NCBI RefSeq assembly: GCF_006345805.1
Contig: NC_042998.1
Location: 54,808,001 to 54,872,000 of the forward strand
DNA: 64,000 nucleotides
Source of the DNA: Octopus sinensis
Taxonomy: Eukaryota
Direction of reading: 5' to 3'
The notes beneath the pieces are model-generated. The model was not told where the DNA came from, made no database searches, and saw only the letters and a list, made by a program, of their open reading frames with translations. Position numbers and translations under genes: made by a program. Below, one piece after another: positions 50,741-64,000 of the stretch (its first letter is position 1; every line of letters begins with the position of its first letter).

Positions 50741-53129
50741 TGTATTCACATTGCTATCTCTTTTTCAATTGCTGAATTTTTTTTTTTTTTTTATTTATGT
50801 CCTTTGGTTGAAATTATTTTACTTTTTTAAAAAAAAAATTTCTTTTGTTTTCCTCTGTTTTTCTAAATTACTGTCTGAAATAAGAAGCAATTCTTAAGAA
50901 TTATATAAAGGAAAAACAAAATCAAAGAAAGAAAGAAAGAAAGTAGATGCATCTACATTAAAACAAATGCTTTCGTTCAATTCAAGTCTTCTATAATATT
51001 TTCAATCTAAACGACTGTGATTTGATATCATTAATGTGTAATTTTCGTGCAATTTGTTAAGTCAGAGTTATTGGGGATGTGGCGGGGGTACCTTTTACTT
51101 TTTTTTTTTTTTATTTTTTCTCTTTTGCTCCTGTGTCTTTATTTTATTTCTTTATTATTTTTTTTACTCCTTTTTTTTATACTTTCACTTTAATACAGTT
51201 TGGGAAGATTTAAATATAGTTACATATTGAACTTTTTAATGTGAGCTGTTAAAATGTTTATAATTTGTGGTTGTATGCGTGAGTGAGTGAGTAAGAGAGT
51301 GAGTGAGAGAGAGAAAAGGAAAGAGGGAGAGAAGTCTATGCATGTGTGGTTATGTATACATGAGTGTGTATGTGTGTGTATATTCCATCTTCCATCTTTC
51401 AATTATATATATATATATATATATAAATAGATATGTAAATATGTATATATATATATATATAAGTGTACATGTATGTACGTATATATACATGTATGTACAA
51501 GTGTATATACATATATGTATATATATGTAAATATATATATGTATGTATGTATGTATGTATGAATATAGATGTTTGTGAATATGGTATGTTTTATTAGTTA
51601 ATTCAGTTGAGATATCTGTCATAGTGTAGCTGCAAGCTAGTCTGTGATGCTAGGGAGAGCAAAAAAGAAAAAAATCGAAAAGAAAAAGAACAGAAAGCTT
51701 TATGTACTCACTTATTTATGCTTACTCACTAAATTTCTGTTGCACGTTCCTATATAAGTCATTTTCATTTTTCTCCTGCTTGTTTTTTTTTTTTAAAATA
51801 AGCAAAAAAAAAACAAATAAAATTTTATCCTTACAGATATTTATGTGTTTATATTTAAACACACAGACATACACAACCACATACCTATTGCACACACACA
51901 CACAACACACACACATACACACAACACACAAATACATGCTCTCTTGCAGAGACAGTTCTATCTTTGTACAATTATTCAGATATACATGCAGATAAGGCAA
52001 AGATGATAAACTTAATTTTATTAATTTTCTTTTCTAAAATTCTAACTCCCTGCAGTCAACATCTGAATCACTGTTGCAAATATGGTTTCCTCACTAAATT
52101 CTTAGTCTTTTACCAAAGGAATAGGTTTAATCCCTAGCATATGTCACTAATAAATATGATTATTATCATTGTTGTTGTTTTAACAGGCTGTGTGGTCTGG
52201 CATGAATGTCACATGATCTTTTTTGTTTCATTTCATTTTGTTTTGTTTCCTATACTGCAAAGCAGTTGGAGCTATGAAAGGTCTACCAGTCATGTAAAAA
52301 TGATGTTAAAAGAAACTGAAATACACTAAAAAGTAATATTAACGATAATGATTTGACAGATATTCTTTGTTTACTGTGTGTATCAAATGATAATTGTGTG
52401 TGCATAACATAAGAGCTGACTGAAAATGTTGGTAACAACACAAAAGGCATTCGTCCATAAAACACTGTTTTAGAAAAGAAACCATCCAACCATTATCTCT
52501 GTTGAAAAATGGACAAAAAATTATGGTGGTGGTAGTGCTACTGCTGCTGCTGTTGTTGTTGTTGTTGTTGTTGTTAAGCACCAAGACGGGTAAGGGTGAT
52601 TAGGTGATGGTCTAGGGCTTAGGGGCAGGAGACCCCAGACCTTGGGAAAAAAAAACTTTGGTCGTCTTGTTGTAGTTGAGGGCTCTTCGTTGACACCTGA
52701 CACCACTATGAGGTGGACCTCGAAGTCGCTAGAAATGGAGATCTCCAGGTCCAAATTCTTGAACTGCTGCTGGTGGTGTGTTTGTGTGTCAGATGAAAGA
52801 AGATGTCAGCTACTGATGAACCTTATAAGAGTCATGAAATCATCCATACTAGCATAGGTAAAAAATGGGGAGGGGACATTATTTGGTTGATGATGATCAA
52901 TAATTGGTAATTCTTTGTAAATGATTGAACTTCAGCACAATCCTTTGACATCTAAACCAGCCATATCCAACCCAAATATATTCTACTTGTTCTGTGTCCA
53001 ATCCAGTCAAATCCAGCCTTTCATATGTACTCTACAATGTGATTCTTAAAAGTACAATCACATTATTGAAATTTCAAAGCTGTGAGATAATACATGATTT
53101 ATTCAAGACAAATGAATAAATAAGCATGA

Positions 53130-53525
53130 CCTATATATATAAAGCTGAAGATGTCTGTGTATGGCAGGTTTGGTAGCCTTCAACTAACACTATCTCCTCC
53201 GAGTCCCTGCGACACAAGTTGACCAAAATTGAGAGTATGATAGAAGAAGGCTTGCTCTTCCTTCCGTAGAAGAAAAAATTCAAATCGGACTATGTTAACA
53301 CCAAAATTTATTTACATCAAAAAGGTTCTTTTTTTCTATGAAAATCCCTATTTTTTATGATTTTTTGACTGCTGTGTTGCCATTTTTCGGTGTATTTCAA
53401 ACTGGAAAATGTTCACTTAAAAAGAATAACAAGCTACATAGTGCAAAATTTTTACTTTTTAAAAATTCCAATTCTAAGGGGTCGAAAAGAAAACAAGCCC
53501 AAGCAACACTGGGCTATACTGCTAG
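53130..53525 (+). mobile_element. Non-autonomous Helitron (396 bp) nested in a family-A MITE
   Basis: A|CCTATATATATAAAGC ... GCCCAagcaacacTGGGC-tatactg-CTAG|T. The flanks rejoin into the MITE sequence taagcatga|tatttgata. Confidence 0.8.
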
Positions 53526-53995
53526 TATTTGATAAAGCAATCTGAATGGTAAAGGGTCAAATACCTGACTCTATTTAGTTTGCTCTCTTTACATCCTGAG
53601 TTCAAATTGTCAGTGTTGACTGTACCTTGTATCTCTCCCAGGGCCAATGAAATGAATAACAGCTGTGTACATTGTTAATTTGAATGATTGATTGATTGAT
53701 TGCACTCTAATCCTATGCATTTGAGGTTTAATGTCAATGTAAGAAACCATTATTATTATTGCTGTTATTAAGGTGGGGAGCTGGCAGAATCATTAGCACT
53801 CCAGGCAACATGCTTTGTGGCATTTCATCTATCTTTATGTTCTGAATTCAGCTGAGGTTGAATTTTCCTTTCTTCATTTCAGGGTCAATTAAATTAGTAC
53901 TAGTTGAGCACTGGCGTCGATATAATTGACTAGCCCTCTCCCTAGAAATTTCAGGCCTTGTGTCTATAGTAGAAAGGATTGTTGTTGCTGTTGTC

Positions 53996-54026
<31 letters not shown>

Positions 54027-54820
54027 TTGTTGTTAGTGAGACTGTAAGATGACAGAACTGTTAACATATACATACAACAAACATCTTTCAGTTCCCATCT
54101 TACCAGATCCTCTCACAAGGCTGTAGATGACCTGTGGCTATAGTAGAAGGCACTTGCCCAAGGTGCCACACAGTGGGACTGAACCCAGAACTATGTGACT
54201 AGGAAGCAAACTTCTTACCACGCAGCCATGTCTACGCCTTTGGTAAATTTATAAAGGAAAGGACACATCTTTCAACCAGACCTCAATTCTAAGATTCTTC
54301 TACCTCACTGCCTTTTTATTTCTCCGAAGACTGAAAGGATTCTTCACTTTTGCTAGTAGCAGTTAAACTTCTCTAGAGTTAATGACTCAAAAATATACCC
54401 TCAGTTTCCTCTGTAAATTGGTTGGCTCTAACCAAGGTATACAATGATAAGAACCAAGCCAAATTTATGATATTGGAACATGATTCAGTATACTGATTCA
54501 TTGGATCATCATCATCATCATTTAAAGGCTGTTCTCCATTCTGGCATAGGTTGGACAATTTCATAAAGAGCTGGTAAGGCTGGGAGCTGCATTAGGCTCC
54601 ATTGTGTGTTCTGGCATGGTCTCTACAGCTGGATGCACTTCTTAATGCCAACCACTTTACAGAGTGTACTGTGTGCTTTTTATGTGGTACCAACACCAGT
54701 TCTTTTAACTTGGCATCAACACCAGTGCTTTATATGTGGCACCAGCATCAGTTTCAATTATATTGTGATGGACGGGTCTTCTTGAAAACGGCAAGATGCC
54801 AGACACCCTTTGTTATCTCC

Positions 54821-55151
54821 TTAACCCTTTCGTTACCAAACCGCCCGAAAAAATTTTTGGTTAATGTGACCAAACCGCCCGAATTTACCTATTCATATTT
54901 AAATGAGAATATCAGAGCAAATCTCTTTAGTACATTCGTGAAAACACGTATTATACTTCGTAAAGAGTTCAACTACAGTTTTGTACAAAAATCGAAGTGT
55001 AATTTTAATTCCGTGAATTTTGGGAGATTTTTTTCCGAAATTTGTTCCTATTGTGTTTTCAAAATTTGTAATTCTGACAAAAAAATGGATACGAATTTCA
55101 TTATATCAAGCAGCGAGTCAGAATTCGAAGGATTTTCTACGAAAGGGTTAA
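54821..55151. mobile_element. TTAA-flanked MITE family C
   Basis: Perfect TTAA-CCCTTTCGT ... ACGAAAGGG-TTAA termini. Confidence 0.85.
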
Positions 55152-55863
55152 GGATCACAAGAAAAAATTGTAAAATAATGTTGATGATGATGTTTTAACA
55201 TCCTCTCTTCCAAGCTTCCATGGCTTGGACAGAATTTGTTGAGATGGGTTTTCTGCAGTCAGAGGTCCTTCTTGACACCAACTCTCACACGTTTCCAATC
55301 AAGGTAATATTTTCCCATAGCCAGACATGGTTTCAGAGAAGAGTGAAAATGAAGGACACCGCTTGCATGACAGGGATACTCATTTACAAATAGCATGTGA
55401 TGGCAAGCCAAGAGTAACATGCACATGTATATACATACATATATACATACATACATTATATATATTATATGATAGGCTTATCGTAGCTTCTACCTACCAA
55501 ATTCGCTTATAAGACTCTGGTCGGCCCAAGGCTGTGTAGTACAAGACACTTGCCCAAGGTACCATGCAGTGGGAATGAACCTGAAATTATGTGGTAGGAA
55601 AGCAGTTTTCTTAACATGCACCCCCTTGCTCCTGTGCCTGTATGAATGTGTATATCTATGTAGGTATGCATACACACGCATGCACACACACACACACACT
55701 CACTCACTCACACAACAGTTTCCAATCTATCAATTTCACTCACAAAGCATTGGCTAACTTCAGGCAAGGAGACACTTGCCCAAGGTGCCATGCAATGGGA
55801 TGGAACTCAAAGCCACATGGTTTTGAGATTAACTTTGTTACCAGACAGCTGTAGTTGAGTTCT

Positions 55864-56082
55864 TTAACCCTTTAGTGTTCACATTATTCTGCCAAAATTA
55901 ATGCTTTTTTATCCAAATTGTTTTGAACTAATCATGCATTATCTTGTAGCTTTGAGATTTTGATGAGGTAGCTGTTAATTTTTAAAACAACATTATAGGG
56001 TTGGTGTGAGAGACCAGATATGGCCAGTTTGAACATAAAACAGGCAGAATACTTATGGCCGGTTTAAATGCTAAAGGGTTAA
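55864..56082. mobile_element. MITE family A copy
   Basis: TTAAccctttagtgttc ... aaatgctaaagggTTAA. Confidence 0.85.
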
Positions 56083-56703
56083 TCTCTAAAAACTTTTATT
56101 TTCTTCTATGCCATCATTCATCTCTACATTGGCAAATATGAGGCAAGTCTATTGCCTCATATTTTAACTATTGAGGTCAGAATTAAACTGAAACATGTCA
56201 TGAGCTGTCTCTGTTAATTATCAGAAAAATAATGCAGATTTTATTTCCAGTTAGTTCCTTTGCAGTCAATATAATAACACTAACTTACCCAATTCTATGT
56301 TCCATAGTGTGATTATTGCACTTAATTTCCTGTTTAGTATGTATAGAAACTATATTGCATGTTTTTCCTTTTCCTGAAATATGATTTGTGGCCTTTTCAA
56401 TAAGGTGCTATTATATGCATAATCTCTTTTTCTCTTTCTTATGCATACACCCTTCACACACAAGCACAAACAGAACACGTGTGTATGAATGTATGTGTAT
56501 CTGTGATGTGCGTTAGTGTGTGTATGTTTGTGTGTGCATGTATACATTATATATACATACACTCATATTTATATATATATATATATATTTATATATTTAT
56601 ACACGTATCTACACGCATACATAAATGTACACACACACTCTCATATATATGTGTGTATGTATATATACACACATATATATATGAGAGTGCGTGTGTACAT
56701 TTA

Positions 56704-56750
<47 letters not shown>

Positions 56751-57514
56751 ATCATATGTGTATGTGTGTGCTTTTATGTATATGCATGTAGTTATGTATG
56801 TATATATGCATGTGTATGTACACACACACACATGTATCATATACATGCGTAGATGTGCACCTGTTAGCTTGTTTGGAAGTTGATATCTGTAATAAAAACA
56901 TGTCTTCTATCTCACCATATGTCAACAGTTTTAGCATGAATTAACGTGATCCAAAACAGAACTCTGATATCTAAAGAATGCCGAGCAATCCAACAACTTT
57001 GTTAGCATCCAAGGACCAGCTGTTTTTCATGGATAGCTGATCATTTGAAATCTTTCTTCAGAAGGTTTTTCTATAAACAAACACGTATTCGTTTCTATTC
57101 AAGGACGCATTTGTGCTCAACACACAATTCTGACAGAATATATTTCAAGAAATATTCCACCAAACCATAAGATTCTGACTCAATTATGGAAATAAATAAT
57201 GTTCAGGGTAACATTAACCATTCTATTTATACAAGTTTCTTGTTTTACTGTATTTTACAAAGTCGAGAAAAACTGGGGCTGAAAGTCTGAACCAGTAAGG
57301 TAGCCTATATGCTGATGTTTGATCTGTTAGAATTAGCAACCAAATTTCCCTCCACTGACATGCTATAGCTGCTCTTATATATATATGTGTGTGTGTGTGT
57401 GTTTGTCTCTATATTCGTTTACTTCCCTATGACTGAGGGGTTCAGCAAAATGACACTAATAGAGTAAGTACCAGGCTTGGGACTTGATTTGGTTGACGGA
57501 AACTGAAAGAAGCC

Positions 57515-57910
57515 CTTTGTATACTTTGTATATTCTTTTACTCTTTTAATTGTTTCACTCATTTGACTGCAGCCATGCTGGAGCACCACCTTTAGTCAAA
57601 CAGATCAACCCTAGGACTTATTCTTTGTAAGCCACATGCTTATTCTATTGGTCTCTTTTGCCAAACTGCATAAGTTACAGGGATGTAAACACACCAGCAT
57701 CGGTTGTCAAGTGATGGTGGGTGGACAAACACACACACACACGCACGCACACACAGATATGACAGGCTTCTTTCAGTTTCCATCTACCAAATCCACTCGC
57801 AAGTCTTTAGTTGGCCCGAGGCTGTAGTAGAAGACACTTGCCCAAGGTGCCATGCAGTGGGACTTAACCTGGAACCATGTGGCTGGTAAGCAAGCTACTT
57901 ACCACACAGA
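57515..57910 (-). mobile_element. SINE family 1
   Basis: Reverse complement of the family consensus. Confidence 0.85.
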
Positions 57911-58126
57911 CACACATATATAAATATGTGTACGTGTGTGTGTGTGTCTTTGTTTCAGTGTTTGCCGCTCCCAACTACTGGGGTTGATTCATTTGACTTA
58001 AAAAATTTTGTCTTCAAGGTGGTGCCCCAGCATGGTCACAGTCTAATGACTGAAATAAGTAAAAGGTACCAGTAAACCAAAAAGTACAAAAATTGAAAAA
58101 ATGCAGTATCCATGGCTGGAACATCT

Positions 58127-58358
58127 TTAATCCTTTCGTTACCGTATTTGTTTTCAGATGCTCTGTGTTTCTTTCGATTAATTTTTAAATATAGGCACAG
58201 GAGTGGCTATGTGGTAAGTAGCTTGCTTACCAACCACATGGTTCTGGGTTCATTCCTACTGCATGGCACCTTGGGCAAGTGTCTTCTACTATAGCCTCGG
58301 GCCGACCAAAGCCTTGGGAGTGGATTTAGTAGACGGAAACTGAAAGAAGCCCGTTGTA

Positions 58359-58393
<35 letters not shown>

Positions 58394-58790
58394 GTATGTG
58401 TGTGTGTGTGTTTATGTGTCTGTGTTTGTCCCCCCAACATCACTTGACAACCGATGGTTGTTTGTTTATGTCCCCCGTAACACAGTGGTTCGGCAAATGA
58501 GACCGTTAGAATAAGTACTAGGCTTTCAAAGAATAAGTCCTGGGGTTGATTTGCTTGACTAAAAAGGTGGTGCTCCAGCATGGCCGCAGTCAAATGACTG
58601 AAACAGGTAAAAGAGTAAAAGAGATAACAAAGAATTTAGTAATATAACTTAGTAATCATTAAGCTAGTGTCAGGAACATAAATTGTGACTAAAGTTTGGT
58701 GGAAGATTTTTATTCAGAACATATAAAAATAAGACATTTGTTGTACAAAACCAGAAGTGGTTTCAGCCAGGTTGGTATCAAATAGGTTAA
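58127..58790. mobile_element. MITE family B split by a + strand family-1 SINE (about 58192-58625)
   Basis: Left and right parts are colinear with 23507-23736 once the SINE is removed. Confidence 0.82.
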
Positions 58791-59104
58791 TCATAGACCT
58801 GCTCACTCTGAATTGCCTGAAGACTTTAAAATAGCAATAATTTATCAAACACTTTGTCTTTCTGTTTTGTTTAAAATTAAAGAGAAAAGTGATTTGTTTT
58901 ACTGTAAAACCCTTCACAAGGACACTGCTGTTTCATGTCAGCCAACTACTTCTTATGCAGTGTCACTTTATCACAGAGTATTGGTAATCTTTAATGCTCA
59001 TATCTGTGAACCATGGAAATGTAATTGTTGTTGTTGTTGTTATTGTTATTTTTTGCCCATGTCAGCTCTGATGAAGTAGAAATATGATCAGAGATGTTCC
59101 AGTT

Positions 59105-59490
59105 GTGACCATCCCATCTTTTATTTGCTTCAGTCATTTGACTGTGGCCATGCTGGAGCACCACCTTTAGTCAAACAGATCGACCCCAGGACTTATTCTT
59201 CATAAGCCTAGTGCTTACTCTGTCAGTCTCTTTTGCTGAACCACTAAGTTACGGGGACGTAAACACACCAACTTTGGTTGTCTAGCGATGGTGGGAGGAC
59301 AAACACAGAGACACAAACACACACATATATATGACAGGCTTCTTTTAGTTTCCATCTACCAAATCTATTCACAAGACTTTGGTCAGCCCAAGGCTATAGT
59401 AGCAGACACTTACACAAGGTGTCATGCAGTGGGGCTGAACCCGGAACAATGTAGTTGGTGAGCAGGCTACTTACCACACAGCCACTCCTA
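59105..59490 (-). mobile_element. SINE family 1
   Basis: Reverse complement of the family consensus. Confidence 0.85.
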
Positions 59491-59640
59491 CATTATCTAA
59501 TTATGACCTTCCAATCCTTTTTTAGGCAGTTTTGTATAATTGGGAGTAGATTTGGGTGTAATAGTCTAGCAGTTTAAAATGACCAAATAGAGGTTCCTAG
59601 TTGACTTGTTATAAATTTTGTTTTATTACCTGATCCTTTT

Positions 59641-60056
59641 CTTAATTTTTTATTGCCCTCAAGAGGCTAAACATAGAGTGTCAAACAAGGACAGACAATG
59701 GGATAAAGTCGATTACATCGACCCCAGTGCGTAACTGGTACTTAATTTATCAACTCTGAAAGGATGAAAGGCAAAGTCGACCTCGACGGAATTTGAACTC
59801 AAAACATAGCGACAGACAAAATACCTATTTCTTTACTACCCACAAGGGGCTAAACACAGAGAGGACAAACAAGGACAGACAAACGGATTAAGTCGATTAT
59901 ATCGACCCCAGTGCATAACTGGTACTTATTTAATCGACCCCGAAAGGATGAAAGGCAAAGTTGACCTTGGCGGAATTTGAACTCAGAACGTAGCAGCAGA
60001 CAAAATACCGCTATGCATTTTGCCCGGCATGCTAACGATTCTGCCAGCTCGCCGCC
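59641..60056 (-). mobile_element. SINE family 2 head-to-tail dimer with TSD
   Basis: 18 bp TSD ttattac(c/t)tgatcctttt at 59623-59640 and 60057-60074. Confidence 0.88.
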
Positions 60057-61073
60057 TTATTACTTGATCCTTTTCTGCAATGATTCTGCTCATTTGTGTG
60101 CACGCACATACACATTCATTATTTGTCTGTTGGTGTGTAGGTGTATTTCACGATAAATAAAGTACATTCTTATTTATGCACATCTACATCTACATATATA
60201 TATATATATATATACATAAAATAAACAAATATTTGCAATTAACACGTTTGTGTGTATGCATGTATATATATATACATACTCACATTCATGTATGTATATG
60301 TATACATATGTCTTTATGCAATAGATTTTTCTCTAGTGTCTGTTTCTGTCTTTCTCTGTTTTTCTCCTTACCTATTTTCTATTTCTCTCTCTCATACACA
60401 CACATGCACTCATACACACACCCTCAAATAAACATTCACAAATTGCTTGTATATAAGGTCAGAGCTGTAGTGAAAAGGAAGGTTAGAGTGCCAAAAAATC
60501 ACCAACTTTCTGCTTCCTTAAAGAACACGATATGATTGAGAATGGTAGAACCAGAGACATCTAAAGTAGACATCAACCAGGATTTTAGGAAATTACTTCT
60601 GTCAGATATCCTTCACATTTTGTGCCAAACTCTTTCTTCTCTCCTCCAGCTTTTAATTTTCTTGACATTTCCCTCATTTTGGTGTTCCTTATTGCTTCTG
60701 AATGTGTGTGTGTGCTTGTGTGTGCATGCTTGTGTGTATATAATCTACATGTTTCTCAGTTATCAGTCTGTGTGACTAATACATATATATATATATATAT
60801 ATATATTTTATTTATATCATATGCATGCACACACATATACAACAGATTACTGTGTTATTTCTAGTGTTAGTATATATATATATATATATTTACATATACA
60901 TACATACATTTATGTGTGTGTGTGTGTATAAATATAGATATGTATGTATATTGTCTGCGTCTATTTATCATATGATTTAAGGTATCCTTGCGGAAATGTG
61001 CATGTGTGTATTCTTCGTATGTGTATATATTGTACGTGTGTGGTATTTGAAGCATTATGCTTCCTATATTTCT

Positions 61074-61184
<111 letters not shown>

Positions 61185-62285
61185 GGTTATTATTGGTCTG
61201 CCAAATGCCTTACACTGATAAGGAAAGAGAGTTCTGCAGACTTGTATTTCATAACTTGGACATGTCCATCCATGCATGTAGTAGAAACACATACATATTA
61301 AACCAATTATGTGCATATATTTTAATATATTACACACACACACATATCAGTATATATATATTTCTATAAATATATATGTGTATGTATTTATATTATGTAT
61401 ATATAGATATATGTATGTGTGTATGTATATATATATATATATATATTATTTATAATTATATATATGTATACATAAGTATATATGAGTATGTTTGTATGTG
61501 TATATAACATATATATATGTATGAATTATATGCTTATATATGTCTATCTATCAATTTATATAATTACACACATCCACATATATACACGTGTGTGTGCATG
61601 CATATATAGATCAATCATATAGATATAAGCAAATATTTCCAGTTGAGGAAGTGGAACAAGTAAAATGTAATCTACATATGTTTCTTAACTAGTTATCCCT
61701 CATTATACAAATGTTATGCAATGAACTCTTCACAGTGTAGCTGATCATCAGGCTGAGTTATCTTAATATATGCATGTATGTGTATATATGTAAGTGTGTG
61801 TGTAAATATGTATATGTATGTGTAAATATGTATATGTGTGTGCCTGTATATATTTATGTATATGTGAAAATGGCAGCATTTCCTTGTCAAGAATGTTTCT
61901 AGATTTCTGAAAACCCTGGTGCCATTTGCTGCTGAGTTAATTTATATGAAGAGAGAGCTGTGAGTTCAGACCCCATGTACTTTATCTTCATAGTCCTCAC
62001 ATCCTGGGTAAAATTGTATTAAGCTGATAGATGGCTTTATGATTGCAGAGAGATGCCGGTTCCATTCTTTGATGCTTCTTAGTACCTGGAGGGAGAATGA
62101 TGATATTACCATTGGTGTAATTTGAATACCTAGATAGGATTTGAACTCTTGAATGCAAAAAGATTCAACAGATGATGAAAGGCATCTTATCCAACACGTT
62201 GATCATTCTGCCAATCTGGTCAATCAAAGTGCACTCTACTGGTACTTGATTTCTTGACCTTGAAAGGACAGAAGGTAACACTGAT

Positions 62286-62515
62286 TTAACCCTTTAGATT
62301 TCAGATTACTCTTTTTAATGTAATGCATATTTCTTTACATTGTATTGGATTAACCTTGTATTATTATCTTGTAGCTTTGAGGTTTCAATGATGTGATTGT
62401 ATACTTTTGAAATGACATTTCAGGGTAGGTGTGAGAGGCTGGATCTAGTCGGTTTGAACAGAAAACAGGTAGAATATTAGGGCCAGATATAGCCAGGGTT
62501 AAGCTAAAGGGTTAA
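62286..62515. mobile_element. MITE family A copy
   Basis: TTAAccctttag ... gctaaagggTTAA. Confidence 0.85.
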
Positions 62516-62611
62516 ACTACTAGCAATCTTGTGCCAAAACACACCCTAATGACTGTCAATTTGCACCATATTGTCTATGCTTGCTCTCTGTTCAGTCTGA
62601 TAATTATCTTT

Positions 62612-63002
62612 TTTACTCTTTTACTTGTTTCAGTCACTTGACTGTGGCCATGCTGGAGCACTGCCTTTAGTTGAGCAAATTGACCGCAGGACTTATTCTT
62701 TGTAACCCTAGTACTTATTCTATCGGTCTTTTATGCCGAACCGCTAAGTTACGGGGACCTAAACACACTAGCATCAGTTATCAAGTGATGTTGGGGGGAC
62801 AAACACAGACACAAACGTATACACACACATATATATACATACAACAGGCTTCTTTCAGTTTCTGTCTACCAAATCCACTCACAAGGCTTTGGTCGGCCCG
62901 AGGCTATAGTAGAGGACACTTGCCCAAGGTGCCACGGAGTGGGACTGAACCCAGAACCATGTGGTTTATAAGCAAGCTACTTACCACACAGCCACTCCTA
63001 TG
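62612..63002 (-). mobile_element. SINE family 1
   Basis: Reverse complement of the family consensus. Confidence 0.85.
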
Positions 63003-63212
63003 CCAATCATTCACTTTATGCATTTATTTTTTCATTTTTCTTTTTTGCTGATATCCATTTCAGTCCTTCGAGGTTTTAAGTTTGACTTTTGGTTCAGAAA
63101 GCAAGTGTTACTTTGTGAATATGTCCTGTTTTATTGCTTTTTCTGACAGGAAATGTATCATCATTATCATCATAGATAAATTGGCAGATAGTTAGAAAGA
63201 AAGAAAGAAAGG

Positions 63213-63244
<32 letters not shown>

Positions 63245-63571
63245 CAGGCAGACAGACAGACAGACACAGACAGACAGACAGACAGATGAGTAGATGGATG
63301 GATGGGTGAGAAGGTGGCAGATCAAGGCTAACCACTGGTTAGTCACATAACAACCACACCGAACAACAAGGCTCTATGAAATATTGATGTCCTATAGTTC
63401 TATGAAATTGCTTTGCCCTGACCCAGCTAACCACAGAATCAAAACAATTCCCTCATAGCAATAATAAAAATAACAGCAATGCTGTGGGGGAACAATTAAT
63501 CAGGATAAGGGCAGTCAACAATGCTGTCATTTTACACTCACACACTCACACACACACACACCACACACACA

Positions 63572-63609
<38 letters not shown>

Positions 63610-63807
63610 CACACATGTTTAATGCAGACCTTACTATTGGTGATAGATGATAATAATGAAGGGTCTCATTGTTGTAAATTCAGTTAATAGAAAGGTTAGC
63701 ATATGATCTTTTAATGCCTGGTGTCAAGTTAATTTGCATTGAGTATCTATTTTGATAACTCTATCAATGTGTGGCATGTTTTATTTCAGTTCTTCTCTCT
63801 TTCTCAT

Positions 63808-63839
<32 letters not shown>

Positions 63840-63850
63840 CCATACTCAGT

Positions 63851-64000
63851 TTAACCCTTTCCTTACTGTATTTATTTTGAGATGCCCTGTGTTTCTTTCA
63901 ATTAATTTTAACTATAGCAATGAATTTAGTAAAATAACTTAGTTATCATTAAGCTAGTATTAGGAACATAAATTGTGACTAAGGTTTGGTGGAAGATTTT
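63851..64000. mobile_element. MITE family B, cut by window end
   Basis: TTAAccctttccttac...gagatgccctgtgtttctttcaattaat...gtgactaaggtttggtggaagatttt matches 23507 onward. Confidence 0.8.

Noticed and set aside
52521-52857. GC-richer segment with ORFs on both strands
   Set aside because: There is no recognisable domain or splice pair; it is probably a decayed repeat fragment.
56916-56970. Minus-strand 55 nt exon candidate (xIRVLFWITLIHAKTVDI), and similar ones near 60455-60560
   Set aside because: Splice signals are plausible, but phases do not chain reliably with other candidates and there is no homology.
59068-59090. CTGATGA-AGTA-GAAATATG
   Set aside because: There is no stem II, the cleavage position would be G, and stem I does not pair.

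Overview
AT-rich, repeat-dense eukaryotic genomic DNA. The SINE families, (TA)n/(GAT)n/(AAT)n microsatellite load and RTE elements point to a cephalopod, most likely Octopus (inference from recalled repeat motifs, not a search). There is no complete host gene, no prokaryotic feature and no CRISPR array, and almost all entries in the ORF track are microsatellite, SINE or satellite artefacts. Supported content: (1) a near full-length RTE-clade LINE (18106-21728: APE, RT, PHD-type zinc finger, (GAT)n tail) broken mostly by single-base deletions, plus an internal RT fragment, many 3' tails and a 2.1 kb array of amplified RTE 3'UTR modules; (2) a deleted DD37D Tc1/mariner element, a Tc2-like MITE, three families of TTAA (piggyBac-like) MITEs and two ~390 bp non-autonomous Helitrons; (3) several tRNA-headed SINE families, often nested; (4) a GC/CpG-rich 32 bp tandem array of about 1 kb; (5) a few short candidate exons of unidentified genes, best supported at 1984-2016 and 2378-2450 on the + strand. 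The most notable signal is a set of hammerhead-ribozyme motifs in short (TA)n-associated, Penelope-like remnants. One is a complete type I hammerhead fold present on both strands of a perfect 120 bp palindrome (1326-1445). Another is a minimal, dimer-type hammerhead with a variant core next to a 100 bp fold-back (14384-14641). Repeat boundaries were read by eye and are approximate unless terminal motifs are quoted.
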